The notes under the pieces: generated by a model | The model's input: the letters and a program-made list of their open reading frames with translations, nothing else | What the model was told of the DNA's origin: nothing | Databases searched by the model: none | From: an uncultured Gammaproteobacteria bacterium | GTDB lineage: Bacteria > Pseudomonadota > Gammaproteobacteria > Francisellales > CACEW01 | Assembly: GCA_902563055.1 (NCBI GenBank) | Contig: CACEWE010000004.1 | Location: forward strand, 1 to 62,166 | DNA length: 62,166 nucleotides | Direction of reading: 5' to 3' | Shown: one piece after another, positions 9,941-19,779 of the stretch | Layout: each line of letters opens with the position of its first letter | Position numbering within the stretch: the first letter of the stretch is position 1 | Program-made: the position numbers and the translations under genes

Positions 9941-11233
9941 TTAAACCTTAACAAGCTTCGCATAGAAAAACCCGTCGCCTTGATCCACCACAGGAAGTAT
10001 TTGCCAACCATGCGATGTTTTAGAACCATTATTTAACGATATATCGTGTACCTTAACGTTTTTTGTGCGATTAATAAAGTCTGCTATAAGTTGATCATTT
10101 TCCTCAGGTAAAATAGAGCAGGTTGCATAAAGCAAAACCCCACCGGGCTTAAGTAAAAGCCATAAATGCTCCAACAATGCTAATTGCTTTGCTCTTAATA
10201 CCGTAATATCTTCTGGCTTACGTAATAGTGCAATATCACTATGACGACGAATCACACCAGTACCACTGCATGGGGCATCTAATAAAATACGATCATAAAG
10301 CTTGGCACTGTGCCAAGAAAGCGCATCTGTTGTATGCACTTTAGCATCAAGCTGTAAACGCTCTAAGGTTTGCTGAAGAGGAACAACGCGTTTAGGGTCC
10401 ACCTCTAATGCATCAAGCTTCACATCTGGACAAAGCTCTAAGATATGTGCTGTTTTGCCTCCAGGGGCACTACAAGCATCAAGCACATGGTGATTTTTTT
10501 CCAGCTCTAGCAAATAAGCAGCATATTGCGCAGAAAGATCCTGCACCGATACTAAACCTTTGGCAAAACCAGGAATATGCGCCACATCTATTGGTGTCTC
10601 TAATACCAAGGCATCTTTGTGCTCCTTGATGGCTTTTGCATCAATTTTTTCCGCAGCCAAAGATGCAAGATACGCTTCAAGACTGGTTGCTTGTTGATTG
10701 ATGCGCAAAAATAGGGGGGCTTGCTGATGCATTGCAAAAAAGAGTGCATCGTGATCATGAGGATAATGTTTTTTAAGCAAATCTTGAATCCAAACGGGGA
10801 AAAAATGCCGTGAAGGGGTACGGGCAATTGCGGCCAGATAATCCTCTTTGCTCGCACATACCTTACGTAAAATACCATTAAGCAGCATAGCCCCACCTTT
10901 GTTACGAGTCAGCTGTTTAAACGCATCAATGCTTTTTTGAACTGCGGCATGGTCTTTAGTACGCATTAATAACAACTGAGACAAGGCCACCAACAAAGTC
11001 GCCTCAATCCAGCGCGCATCCTTTTTAAGGTTTTTTTTCAACAAAGGTTTTAAAAGATGCTGCAATACAAAATAATACCGTGTTGCTAAAAAACAACAAG
11101 CCTTTAACCAGGACTGATCTTTTGAATCAAGTTTATAAACCGCTATAGTTTCAGGCAGGGATTGCGCCAAAGACTGGCCATTTAAAAGATGGTACATTAC
11201 TTTAATGGCCGCTTGGCGTGTCATCGTAGACAT
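9941..11233 (-). CDS. rsmB: 16S rRNA (cytosine967-C5)-methyltransferase RsmB/Sun
   Basis: SAM methyltransferase blocks 'VLDACSAPGGKT', 'ILLDAPCSGTGVIRRH' and 'LLYATCS', with an N-terminal NusB-like region. Confidence 0.85.
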   Translation of the reverse strand: MSTMTRQAAIKVMYHLLNGQSLAQSLPETIAVYKLDSKDQSWLKACCFLATRYYFVLQHLLKPLLKKNLKKDARWIEATLLVALSQLLLMRTKDHAAVQKSIDAFKQLTRNKGGAMLLNGILRKVCASKEDYLAAIARTPSRHFFPVWIQDLLKKHYPHDHDALFFAMHQQAPLFLRINQQATSLEAYLASLAAEKIDAKAIKEHKDALVLETPIDVAHIPGFAKGLVSVQDLSAQYAAYLLELEKNHHVLDACSAPGGKTAHILELCPDVKLDALEVDPKRVVPLQQTLERLQLDAKVHTTDALSWHSAKLYDRILLDAPCSGTGVIRRHSDIALLRKPEDITVLRAKQLALLEHLWLLLKPGGVLLYATCSILPEENDQLIADFINRTKNVKVHDISLNNGSKTSHGWQILPVVDQGDGFFYAKLVKV

Positions 11234-11919
11234 TAGCGTGTCGCTTGATTGATAAAATATAAATCATTAATAGCATGAGCACGATCTTGACCACGTTTTT
11301 CAAACTTGGTCTCTTCACGCTGCCCAGGGGCATCCTTACAAAAGCCACCATCTTGAGCACGGTTTTGCCAGCATGTATGCTTGTTAAGCATCTCTAACAT
11401 ATCATCAGCATAAGGTTGCCAATCAGTAGCAATATGTAAAAACCCACCTCGTTTTACTTTTTGCGCTAATAAACTTGCAAAACCCTCCTGCACAAGGCGC
11501 CTTTTATGGTGACGCTTTTTAGGCCAGGGGTCAGGAAAAAATATTTGTACGCCATCTAAGCTATGATCGGCTAATGCGTGGTGTAAAACATCATGAACAT
11601 CTTCAGCATACACGCTCAGGTTCTTCAAATCTTCTTTTACCGCATGATGCAGTAAAGCGCCAATTCCGGGACGGTGTACTTCAACCCCAATATAATGGGT
11701 GTCAGGATGCGCTTTTGCCATGACAATAAGCGACTGCCCCATACCAAAGCCTATCTCTAAAACCAGAGCACTTTGTTGCTTTTTATCATACTCAAAAGGT
11801 CCATCGGTGCTTTTTTGGACCCAATCATCCCAATAGTTTTCTAAGGCATATTGCTGCGTTTTGCGTACTCTACCCATGCGCCGAACAAAACTCAAAACCT
11901 GTCTTTTATGCTCTTCCAT
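11233..11919 (-). CDS. trmB: tRNA (guanine46-N7)-methyltransferase TrmB
   Basis: 'LEIGFGMGQSL' and 'VQIFFPDPWPKKRHHKRRL' are diagnostic. The stop overlaps the rsmB start (TAATG on the minus strand). Confidence 0.9.
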   Translation of the reverse strand: MEEHKRQVLSFVRRMGRVRKTQQYALENYWDDWVQKSTDGPFEYDKKQQSALVLEIGFGMGQSLIVMAKAHPDTHYIGVEVHRPGIGALLHHAVKEDLKNLSVYAEDVHDVLHHALADHSLDGVQIFFPDPWPKKRHHKRRLVQEGFASLLAQKVKRGGFLHIATDWQPYADDMLEMLNKHTCWQNRAQDGGFCKDAPGQREETKFEKRGQDRAHAINDLYFINQATR

Positions 11920-11973
11920 TTATGTATCCCAGTATTTAAATCGGCCATATTGTATGCTATTAGCGTGCTTGGC

Positions 11974-12606
11974 TCAAGGAGATGGTTCACCATATGAATG
12001 CTTGTCTTTATGATTGGCGTTATTGGCGTTGTTGTCTTTATTATTGGGATTCTTTTCTTCTCTAGTCCTTAATTCTATACCCCTAAGGCCTTGTCGAGAT
12101 GCATTTAAGCTTAGACTGTAATCTATGATTTTTAAGCCAAGCATCTTGTAAGATGGCTCGTCAAATACACCAATAGCCCTAAACAAGTCTCGTATGGCTA
12201 AGGGCTTTAAATGATGGTCACTAATTTGGATTTTAAAAAAGTAGTTTACGCGCCAGAACTTATAACTGATAAACCTTAAAACCGTTCCATATTTAATACC
12301 TGCAGCAAGCGCCATTAAAAGGCGCGATGCAAAATAAGGCGTTATTTCATCAATAAGCATAGACTTACAGCTGTATAAACGCCAAAGCCATTCTAGTAAT
12401 AGCCCTTGCCTTAAACACTTATTACCTTGAGACTTAAGTTTATCAATAAGATCTCCAACACTATCGCATGGCCCTGCATTGTTATCGCACCATAATATAA
12501 AACGTCTAAATTCATCTTTACTTAAGCATTTTTGCATAGGATCTATAAATTTCAGAAATTTTTTATCGTTAGAGCTGCATGCTTGATTTGCATAATTTGC
12601 TGCCAT
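11974..12606 (-). CDS. Hypothetical protein (orphan, effector-like) with an N/K/D low-complexity tail
   Basis: 210-aa ORF with no recognisable domain. The C-terminus 'EEKNPNNKDNNANNANHKDKH' is encoded by short imperfect repeats (ggcgttattggcgttgttg). Confidence 0.5.
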   Translation of the reverse strand: MAANYANQACSSNDKKFLKFIDPMQKCLSKDEFRRFILWCDNNAGPCDSVGDLIDKLKSQGNKCLRQGLLLEWLWRLYSCKSMLIDEITPYFASRLLMALAAGIKYGTVLRFISYKFWRVNYFFKIQISDHHLKPLAIRDLFRAIGVFDEPSYKMLGLKIIDYSLSLNASRQGLRGIELRTREEKNPNNKDNNANNANHKDKHSYGEPSP

Positions 12607-12683
12607 CTTCCCACCTTTTTTTTAATTCTCTAAAGTATAGGAGCTTGGAAGCTATTTCCAGCATAACATATCATAATGATTAT

Positions 12684-13688
12684 TTAATGAGCGAGGATAA
12701 TGCTTATGAGACCAATGATAAAAAACGCAAACATCAGCGCAATAACTAGAGCACAACGCTTGGGGGTGTTTTTAAATTCACGCCATACCAGCACGCCCCA
12801 CAGTGCTGCAATTAAGGTAGCACTTTGACCCATTCCGTATGAAATAGCAAAACCTGCTTTTGGAGTGGCAATAATTAAGCTTACAATGCCAATGCCCGTA
12901 ATAGCCCCTGCAAGCATACCCAAAGCATGTTTTTTAAAAGAGCCATGGGTTATATAATCTTTAAAATAAACCCGAGGACCACTTAAAGGGCGCACCATTA
13001 AATAGCTATTGTACAATAGGTTTGATACCATCGAACCCACTGCAAAAACCGCAATAGCAGTATAAGGCGTCAATGCCCCTTGAGAAATATGGACTAAATT
13101 ACCAGAAATGGTTTGTGCTAAAAAAGGAAAATACGCTCCCATTACAATACCTGCAATGCTTGCAATGATAATAGCTTTTTTTATACTGGCATTATTTTTA
13201 CTATTCTTACTCAAGTAGCCATAGGCCCTAGCATTAAATAAGACCGCAGAGATAATACAAAACATGCCAAGAAAAATGAGCAAGCTATTACCAACAGGAT
13301 TGATAATGTAGCTTAAGGTTACCCCCACTAAAATAGCCACGCCCACCGTTACTGGAAAACCGACCGCCATACCCGCCATTTCAATCACACACAACAGTAA
13401 GATATTACTAAAATTAAAGCCAAAACCTGCAAAAAATGCCTCACAAACTGTGCCCCAGTGCGCTTGCTTAAAATTAACCATCAGCGACTCACCCCCATGA
13501 CCTACGCTTGATAGCAGCCAGGCAGCTAAGATACACGCCAAGGTCATTGCAATCATATAGTCCCAATAAAATAACTGAAATGGCCAAGTGTTGCCTGCTA
13601 ATTTTTGTGCATTGGCCCATGAGCCCCAACACAACATAGTAATGGCACACAGTGCCACGGCAATCGGATAAGAATGAACAATATACAT
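12684..13688 (-). CDS. 10-TM transporter, DMT-superfamily sugar-transporter-like (GRP/ureide-permease-like)
   Basis: 334-aa polytopic ORF in two five-helix halves. The N-terminal 'AITMLCWGSWANAQK' resembles the GRP-type sugar transport family. The family call is tentative. Confidence 0.5.
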   Translation of the reverse strand: MYIVHSYPIAVALCAITMLCWGSWANAQKLAGNTWPFQLFYWDYMIAMTLACILAAWLLSSVGHGGESLMVNFKQAHWGTVCEAFFAGFGFNFSNILLLCVIEMAGMAVGFPVTVGVAILVGVTLSYIINPVGNSLLIFLGMFCIISAVLFNARAYGYLSKNSKNNASIKKAIIIASIAGIVMGAYFPFLAQTISGNLVHISQGALTPYTAIAVFAVGSMVSNLLYNSYLMVRPLSGPRVYFKDYITHGSFKKHALGMLAGAITGIGIVSLIIATPKAGFAISYGMGQSATLIAALWGVLVWREFKNTPKRCALVIALMFAFFIIGLISIILAH

Positions 13689-13703
13689 AACAAAATCCTT
13701 AAG

Positions 13704-14273
13704 TTATGATGCTACTGGAAATTTTTTGTGCCAAATAATAAGTCCTTTTTGAATATCCAAAAGATGAATAGACAACATAAGGTTTTGGTTTTTTTGGTTT
13801 GGATATACATCACCGTAAATCATATATTTCGCCTTAAGCCTCTCACCCAATTGTTTGGCCTGAGCGGGGTTGACTGCAGATTCAGGCTTTATTTTTAAGC
13901 CTTTCTTTGCATCTTTAAGTTTATTTTGATCGACGAAAACCAAGTGCGGATCCTGCTTTGAAAGCGCTTTAAACAAAAGAGGCATAAAAGTGTTTGAGTT
14001 AAAATAGTCTTGGCTATGGAGGATAAAAAGACCATTGAAGACAGAGACGGTCTGTTGTTTTTTGCCATAGTGAATGGGATGATCGCTCACAAACGCTAAA
14101 GCCACATTTTGAGCAAGCTTATGTTGCTGCAAAATGACAGAATCAGCACTACTTTTTGCCAAAGAAAGATCTGATACCGAGCTGCATCCAGATAAAAACC
14201 CACAAAGGCTGAAAATACTTAATAAAGTTATACAGGAGAAAATCTTTAACATTTCAATATATTTTAAATTCAC
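13704..14273 (-). CDS. Lipoprotein, function unknown
   Basis: Signal peptide ending in the lipobox 'FLSGC'; 189 aa. The C-terminal 'YMIYGDV...LMLSIHLLDIQKGLIIW' is reminiscent of LpoB/FlgO-type lipoproteins, but the resemblance is weak. Confidence 0.55.
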   Translation of the reverse strand: MNLKYIEMLKIFSCITLLSIFSLCGFLSGCSSVSDLSLAKSSADSVILQQHKLAQNVALAFVSDHPIHYGKKQQTVSVFNGLFILHSQDYFNSNTFMPLLFKALSKQDPHLVFVDQNKLKDAKKGLKIKPESAVNPAQAKQLGERLKAKYMIYGDVYPNQKNQNLMLSIHLLDIQKGLIIWHKKFPVAS

Positions 14274-14520
14274 AAATTTCAGGATCCCATCTTAAGACTT
14301 ATGAATGCCTTTTGCAAGCACTCTTTGCATCATTAAAAGATTTTAGCTACTCAACAAGTCCTAGATAGAGAGTATTTTTTAAATTAAAAAGTTTTAAAAA
14401 AAAGATATAATATATGTAACACCCTCTTATCAAACCATAAAAATACAATGACCATATTCCTTGATAACTTTATTTGAGTTATAATATCTCGCACTAATCA
14501 TTAGAACTACAATATGAAAG

Positions 14521-15831
14521 TTGAAAATTTTAAAAATATCTAATCCAACAATCGTTATTCTTGTCATTGCATTTACAGGAAACCTTTTCCAATATCTTTT
14601 CAATGCTTTTTTGGCTCAGCACCTTGATCCAAAACTCTTTGGTGATTTTTCTATTGCGAAAACTTTTCTAGCACTAGGTGCTACTTTTTGTGTTTTTGGG
14701 ACAGACCTCTCTACTTCCCGCTTTGTAAAACTTTTAGATACCACCGGCAAATTTAAATTTGTTCGCTGGTGTCTTAAAGTCCTTAATCTTTCTAGTATCA
14801 TGCTTTTTCTTGGACTTATACCTCCGGCTGTATTTTTACTATGGGCACACTTTTATGGCATTCATGACTTTAATAACTACCACCTCGCCATTGGTTTAGT
14901 TGCTGCATCTCCCGTTATAGCAATATTCATTATTATAATTAATAACATAAATGCAAGGCAGAAGCCTTTAGTCGCCATGACCTTAAATACCGTTGTTTGT
15001 TATGGCTTACTTTTTTCCTGTAGTTATTTGGCAGCAAGGTTTATCTCGCCCGTTTTTGACAATGAAACTATCATAAGTATTTATATTGCTGCTTTCCTTA
15101 TTCTTTCTCTTACTGCTGGATGGTATTTTTATTCCGTTTCTAAAAGCTTTAATGTTTATAAATTAGCAACCGATAGCACTCCTAATCATCCACATCAAGA
15201 TCAGTGGAATGCATATTCAAAAAAGTCTCTATTGCTCAACCTATTTAGTATGCTTTTATTCATGATTGATCTACTTGTAATAGAGGCTATTGCACATGAT
15301 GAACTCCTTGTCGGTGTTTTCTCCGTCTGCACTGTTATTACAAGTTTCTTTTGGATTATAACCCAAAACTACCTTTTTGATCTTAAAACCAAAACTTCAA
15401 GTCTTCTAGCTTCAGATGAGGGCAAACAAAGATTACAGACAATGTATAATAAGGCATTTCTAAGTGCAGCGCTTTTATTGGCCATAGTCATGACAGTTAT
15501 TGTGATTTTTCATAATGAAATTTTAAGACATTTTGGCGACCAATATACCCATGCGTGGCCTATTTTATTGCTCCTTAGTATAAATTGTATTATTTGCTTT
15601 TTATTTTATAGCCCCAGACTATTTTTGATTTACGGCGATCAAGAAAAATTCATAGTTTGGTTTTTATATCTAAAACTCACTACTTTATTAATTATATGTG
15701 CACCACTGACGTATTATTTCTCTATTACTGGAACAGCATATGCAGACATTATAACCTCTTTATTGTTTGGTATTATTTCCTACCTCAAATATAGAAAAGT
15801 ATTAACCATTAAGTTATTTGTATTATTCTAA
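14521..15831 (+). CDS. Polytopic membrane protein, PST/MOP flippase-like; paralog 2 of 3
   Basis: 436-aa ORF with a TTG start. It shares 'FGDFS', 'YNKAFL...HFGDQY' and the C-terminal 'IKLFVLF' with ORFs 173-1555 and 15853-17166. Confidence 0.6.
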   Translation: MKILKISNPTIVILVIAFTGNLFQYLFNAFLAQHLDPKLFGDFSIAKTFLALGATFCVFGTDLSTSRFVKLLDTTGKFKFVRWCLKVLNLSSIMLFLGLIPPAVFLLWAHFYGIHDFNNYHLAIGLVAASPVIAIFIIIINNINARQKPLVAMTLNTVVCYGLLFSCSYLAARFISPVFDNETIISIYIAAFLILSLTAGWYFYSVSKSFNVYKLATDSTPNHPHQDQWNAYSKKSLLLNLFSMLLFMIDLLVIEAIAHDELLVGVFSVCTVITSFFWIITQNYLFDLKTKTSSLLASDEGKQRLQTMYNKAFLSAALLLAIVMTVIVIFHNEILRHFGDQYTHAWPILLLLSINCIICFLFYSPRLFLIYGDQEKFIVWFLYLKLTTLLIICAPLTYYFSITGTAYADIITSLLFGIISYLKYRKVLTIKLFVLF

Positions 15832-15852
15832 CCCACCTTATGTGACAAAAGG

Positions 15853-17166
15853 ATGCGCCCACTCAAATCCATCATCAACCCCACCAAGCTTTTACTGCTC
15901 ATATCTTTTCTAGGCACCATCTGCCAGTATCTTTTCAATGTTTTTATGGCCAGACACTTATCTGCAGATCAGTATGGTAACTTCTCACTGGGGTTGGGTT
16001 GTTTCAACATTGTCGCTGCAGGTTGCATCTTTGGAACTGATGGGTCATCCAGACGCTATTTGCACAGTCTTACTAGTTCTGGGCAGAATATTTTTATCCA
16101 ATGGACCCTTCATGTTCTGCTGAAAGCTTCTATCGTTTTAATCATTGCCTTACTCCCGATATCTCTTTCCTTATACTGGATGCATAGTGGCGGATTACAA
16201 TCTTTCAACAACTATCATATTGCAATTGGCATGCTCACGGCTGCACCTTTATTTGCCACTTTCACGCTAATACTGAATTTTTTAAATATCAGTAAAAAAC
16301 CTTTTGCATCACACGTTTTTAATTCCATTGTACAATATGGGATGCTTTTGCTCTTTAGCTTTTGTTCAGCCTATTTTTTTATGCAAAATCTCGATAATGC
16401 TAGCCTTATTATCATCTTTACTGGCTCCTATCTCTGCCTTTGTGTACTTGCTGGGGTATACTTTTATTATGCATCAGGGTCTATTAATCTTTTTAAGCTC
16501 CTTGCACATAAAATAAAAATCCATAAGCAAGAGCGAATATGGAACACCTTTGCAAAAAAATCGCTCCTAAATGGACTTGGATACAATCTACTATGGCTTA
16601 TGGATATATTGATTATCGAAATTATTGCTCGTAATGAAGATCTTGTTGGATTCTTTTCTGCATGCACCGTTATTACTGCTTTTTATTGGATCATTACCAA
16701 GAACTTTCTTTGTACACTTAAACCTACTATCTCTAATGCCTTCGAAACAAAAGAACGCCAAGCTCAACTACAAGAATCCTATAATAAAAAATTTAAGACC
16801 GCTTTATTACTCATCAGCACCCTTAGTATAATCCTTATTTTTTATCATCAAACAATGTTGCTCGCTTTTGGAAAAGCTTACGTTAAGGCAACATCAACAC
16901 TGCTTATCCTCAGTGCAAACTGTATAGTCTGTTTTCTTTTTTATGCTGCAAGATTATTCCTTATGTATACTGGATATGAAACAAAAGTACTTAATATCTA
17001 TCTGGTAAAAATTGTTATATTGATACTTACATGCAGTGTTTTTACCTATTATTTTTCTATTGAAGGAACCGCATTGGCCGATCTTTTTATCTCTAGTATA
17101 TTTGGTACTTACATGTACTATTGTTTCAAGAAAGCATACCGCTTTAAACTATTTGTTATATTTTAA
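15853..17166 (+). CDS. Polytopic membrane protein, PST/MOP flippase-like; paralog 3 of 3
   Basis: 437-aa ORF lying 21 nt after paralog 2. It has 'YGNFS', 'YNKKFK...AFGKAY' and the C-terminal 'FKLFVIF'. Confidence 0.6.
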   Translation: MRPLKSIINPTKLLLLISFLGTICQYLFNVFMARHLSADQYGNFSLGLGCFNIVAAGCIFGTDGSSRRYLHSLTSSGQNIFIQWTLHVLLKASIVLIIALLPISLSLYWMHSGGLQSFNNYHIAIGMLTAAPLFATFTLILNFLNISKKPFASHVFNSIVQYGMLLLFSFCSAYFFMQNLDNASLIIIFTGSYLCLCVLAGVYFYYASGSINLFKLLAHKIKIHKQERIWNTFAKKSLLNGLGYNLLWLMDILIIEIIARNEDLVGFFSACTVITAFYWIITKNFLCTLKPTISNAFETKERQAQLQESYNKKFKTALLLISTLSIILIFYHQTMLLAFGKAYVKATSTLLILSANCIVCFLFYAARLFLMYTGYETKVLNIYLVKIVILILTCSVFTYYFSIEGTALADLFISSIFGTYMYYCFKKAYRFKLFVIF

Positions 17167-17271
17167 TCTAAATTGTGCAAGTTAAATACTCTCATATTTT
17201 AATAAAGGTGGATTTTTTATCTAAGTTATTGTATAATAGCGCCACTTTTTTTGGGAAAATAGGCATAGCGA

Positions 17272-19149
17272 ATGAAAATGCACTTTGATGTCATTGTGGT
17301 TGGTGGCGGCCATAGCGGTTGTGAAGCAGCTCTTGCATCTGCGCGCATGGGCGTAAAAACTCTGCTCTTAACCCATAACATTGATACCATAGGCCAAATG
17401 TCCTGTAACCCAGCCATAGGCGGAATCGGCAAAGGCCATTTGGTTAAAGAAATTGATGCACTAGGTGGAGCAATGGCTAAAGCTATTGATCTAGCTGGTA
17501 TCCAATTTCGCACACTTAATGCAAGAAAAGGCCCTGCTGTTCGTGCCACGCGCGCCCAAGCGGACCGTGTTCTTTATAAACAAGCAATGTTGCAAATATG
17601 CCAACAACAAGAAAACCTTGTGCTCTTTCAACAAGGGGTGAATGACATTATTGTCGAAAACGACACCATCAAAGGGGTTGTTGGCCATACTGGCATGCAT
17701 TTTTATGCGCCGCGTGTTATTTTAACCGTTGGAACCTTTTTAGGTGGCGTAATGCATATCGGCGCAGTACAAAAACAAGGCGGCAGAGCAGGGGATGCTC
17801 CAGCAAATGCACTAGCCGAGCGCCTTCGCGGCTATCCCTTGCGTATTGGCCGCCTAAAAACTGGAACCCCTCCTAGAATTGATGCCAACAGCATCAACTT
17901 TGACGTATTAGAGCGCCAAGATGGCGAAAGCGAAACTGCGGCTTTTTCTTTTATGGGCGACAAAAACCAAAGGGTTAGACAGATCCCCTGTTATATGGCC
18001 TATACCAACCCTACAACGCACCAAATTATTGCAGATAATCTGCAACACTCTGCCATGTATAGTGGAAACATCACCGGTGTTGGCCCACGTTATTGCCCTT
18101 CCATTGAAGATAAAATTGTTCGTTTTGCTGATAAATCACAACACCAAATTTTTATCGAGCCTGAAGGTTTAACCACAACTGAATGCTACCCCAATGGCAT
18201 TTCTACAAGCCTGCCTTTTGAGGTACAAGTTCAAATGGTACAAAGTATAAAAGGCTTAGAAAAAGCCCATTTGTTACGCGCTGGCTATGCTATTGAATAC
18301 GATTATTTTGACCCGCGCGACCTTGACCCTACTTTAGAAACTAAAGTTATTGCTGGTCTGTATTTTGCGGGACAAATTAACGGCACCACCGGTTATGAAG
18401 AAGCCGCCGCACAAGGTCTGATTGCAGGGATTAATGCCGCCCTTAGCATACAAAAGAAACCGCAATGGTACCCCAAGCGCTCCGAAGCTTATATTGGAGT
18501 ATTGATTGATGATTTAATCAGCAAAGGCTTAAGCGAGCCCTATCGTATGTTTACTTCTCGCGCAGAATATCGCTTATTACTGCGTGAAGATAATGCTGAT
18601 GCCCGCCTTACACCTATTGCTCAAAAACTTGGTTTAATTGACGCTGCCCGCTTTGAGGCCTTTGAACAAAAAAATCATGCAATCGCCGCACTAAGCCAAA
18701 AACTAGCACAAACCTGGGTACAAAAAGATTCCAGCGCCGCAAAGGCATTTGAACAACAAACTGGCAAAGCACTTTCACACGAATATTCACTGCAAGAGCT
18801 GCTCAAACGTCCTGAAATAAGCGTTCAAGATTTCTGTGATTTAAATCTTATAGATCCAGCGACTCCTAAAGCAGTTTTAGAGCAAGCAGAAATTGCTCTA
18901 AAATATGAAGGCTATATAAAACGCCAATCAATGGAAATTGAACGCATCGCCAAACAAGAAAACCTAATAATTCCTGATGATTTTAACTACGAGAGTATTC
19001 AAAGTCTCTCTAATGAGGTACGGGCACTCCTTACACAACACCGCCCCAAAACCCTTGGGGCAGCATCGCGTATTTCAGGGATTACTCCAGCTTCTATATC
19101 TATACTGCATATCTTTGTAGAAAAAAATCAACGTTTATGCACAAACTAA
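17272..19149 (+). CDS. mnmG: tRNA uridine 5-carboxymethylaminomethyl modification enzyme MnmG (GidA)
   Basis: '[23 protein letters not shown]' FAD fold; the 625-aa length and sequence match GidA throughout. Confidence 0.95.
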   Translation: MKMHFDVIVVGGGHSGCEAALASARMGVKTLLLTHNIDTIGQMSCNPAIGGIGKGHLVKEIDALGGAMAKAIDLAGIQFRTLNARKGPAVRATRAQADRVLYKQAMLQICQQQENLVLFQQGVNDIIVENDTIKGVVGHTGMHFYAPRVILTVGTFLGGVMHIGAVQKQGGRAGDAPANALAERLRGYPLRIGRLKTGTPPRIDANSINFDVLERQDGESETAAFSFMGDKNQRVRQIPCYMAYTNPTTHQIIADNLQHSAMYSGNITGVGPRYCPSIEDKIVRFADKSQHQIFIEPEGLTTTECYPNGISTSLPFEVQVQMVQSIKGLEKAHLLRAGYAIEYDYFDPRDLDPTLETKVIAGLYFAGQINGTTGYEEAAAQGLIAGINAALSIQKKPQWYPKRSEAYIGVLIDDLISKGLSEPYRMFTSRAEYRLLLREDNADARLTPIAQKLGLIDAARFEAFEQKNHAIAALSQKLAQTWVQKDSSAAKAFEQQTGKALSHEYSLQELLKRPEISVQDFCDLNLIDPATPKAVLEQAEIALKYEGYIKRQSMEIERIAKQENLIIPDDFNYESIQSLSNEVRALLTQHRPKTLGAASRISGITPASISILHIFVEKNQRLCTN

Positions 19150-19153
19150 TGTT

Positions 19154-19516
19154 TTAATGGTCATTTGATCGTCCCACACCACGAGGCATAAGACCATGTT
19201 TAGGACCTAAGCCACTTCCAGGGGATGCTGCTGCTTTTCCGTCATAACTCTTTTGGTCATTTGCGCTTAAATCAATACCTGGAATATACAATGGAGCCAA
19301 TGTGGAACTTGTACTATGCTGTGATGTTCTACTTAAAACCCAAGCATCAAAAAATATATTTGGTGGAGAGTTTGATGAACTAGGCATCGATCTGTGGTTT
19401 GGATTATTAGCCCTTACTCCATTTTGGCCTTGAGAACTTGTACTACTGGTCCTAGTCGTTTGTGAGCCAGCTAGTGATGTTCTGCTTAAAGGCCAAGCAT
19501 CAAAGTTATTATTCAT
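19154..19516 (-). CDS. Small S/T/N/P-rich hypothetical protein with a duplicated FDAWxLSRTS motif
   Basis: 120-aa ORF preceded by a strong Shine-Dalgarno (CAGGAGGATAAAAAATG on the minus strand). 'FDAWPLSRTS' and 'FDAWVLSRTS' are each followed by Ser/Thr-rich tracts. Confidence 0.5.
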   Translation of the reverse strand: MNNNFDAWPLSRTSLAGSQTTRTSSTSSQGQNGVRANNPNHRSMPSSSNSPPNIFFDAWVLSRTSQHSTSSTLAPLYIPGIDLSANDQKSYDGKAAASPGSGLGPKHGLMPRGVGRSNDH

Positions 19517-19541
19517 TTTTTATCCTCCTGTACTATTATAA

Positions 19542-19736
19542 TTATCCAAAAGCCAGAACTAATAAGCTATTAGCAAAATAAGGCAATGCCTCAAAATGCA
19601 TAGCGTTTAACATGCACTCTGCTAAAACAGATTGATATTGAGTGAATTCTGGGTAAGCGCGTACAATATCGTAAAAAATTTGCTCATGCAAGCTTTTTAA
19701 ATTCAAGGCGATTAGAATATACGGTTGCACTCTCAT
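19542..19736 (-). CDS. Possible small helical protein upstream of the S/T-rich ORF
   Basis: 64 aa counted from the internal Met. There is no convincing Shine-Dalgarno, and the longer 96-aa version would overlap the hemD-like start. Confidence 0.25.
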   Translation of the reverse strand: MRVQPYILIALNLKSLHEQIFYDIVRAYPEFTQYQSVLAECMLNAMHFEALPYFANSLLVLAFG

Positions 19737-19779
19737 CAAAGAAAGGTATGATAGAGTATCTTGTGATATTTTTTTGATT

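Noticed and set aside
17167-17271. The region upstream of mnmG (gidA) as an alternative oriC location, as in enteric bacteria.
   Set aside because: It is only about 105 bp long and I found no DnaA-box matches there. The dnaA-upstream array is the better candidate.
17226-17549. Long antisense ORFs inside well-supported genes: 17226-17549 in mnmG, 25212-25586 and 26196-26576 in hslU, 37759-38097 in dnaA, 2494-2724 in the chitinase gene, and 23741-24004 in glnA.
   Set aside because: They lie fully within strongly motif-supported genes on the opposite strand. They have no Shine-Dalgarno and show shadow-ORF composition (Ser/Leu/Arg-rich), so they are treated as non-coding.
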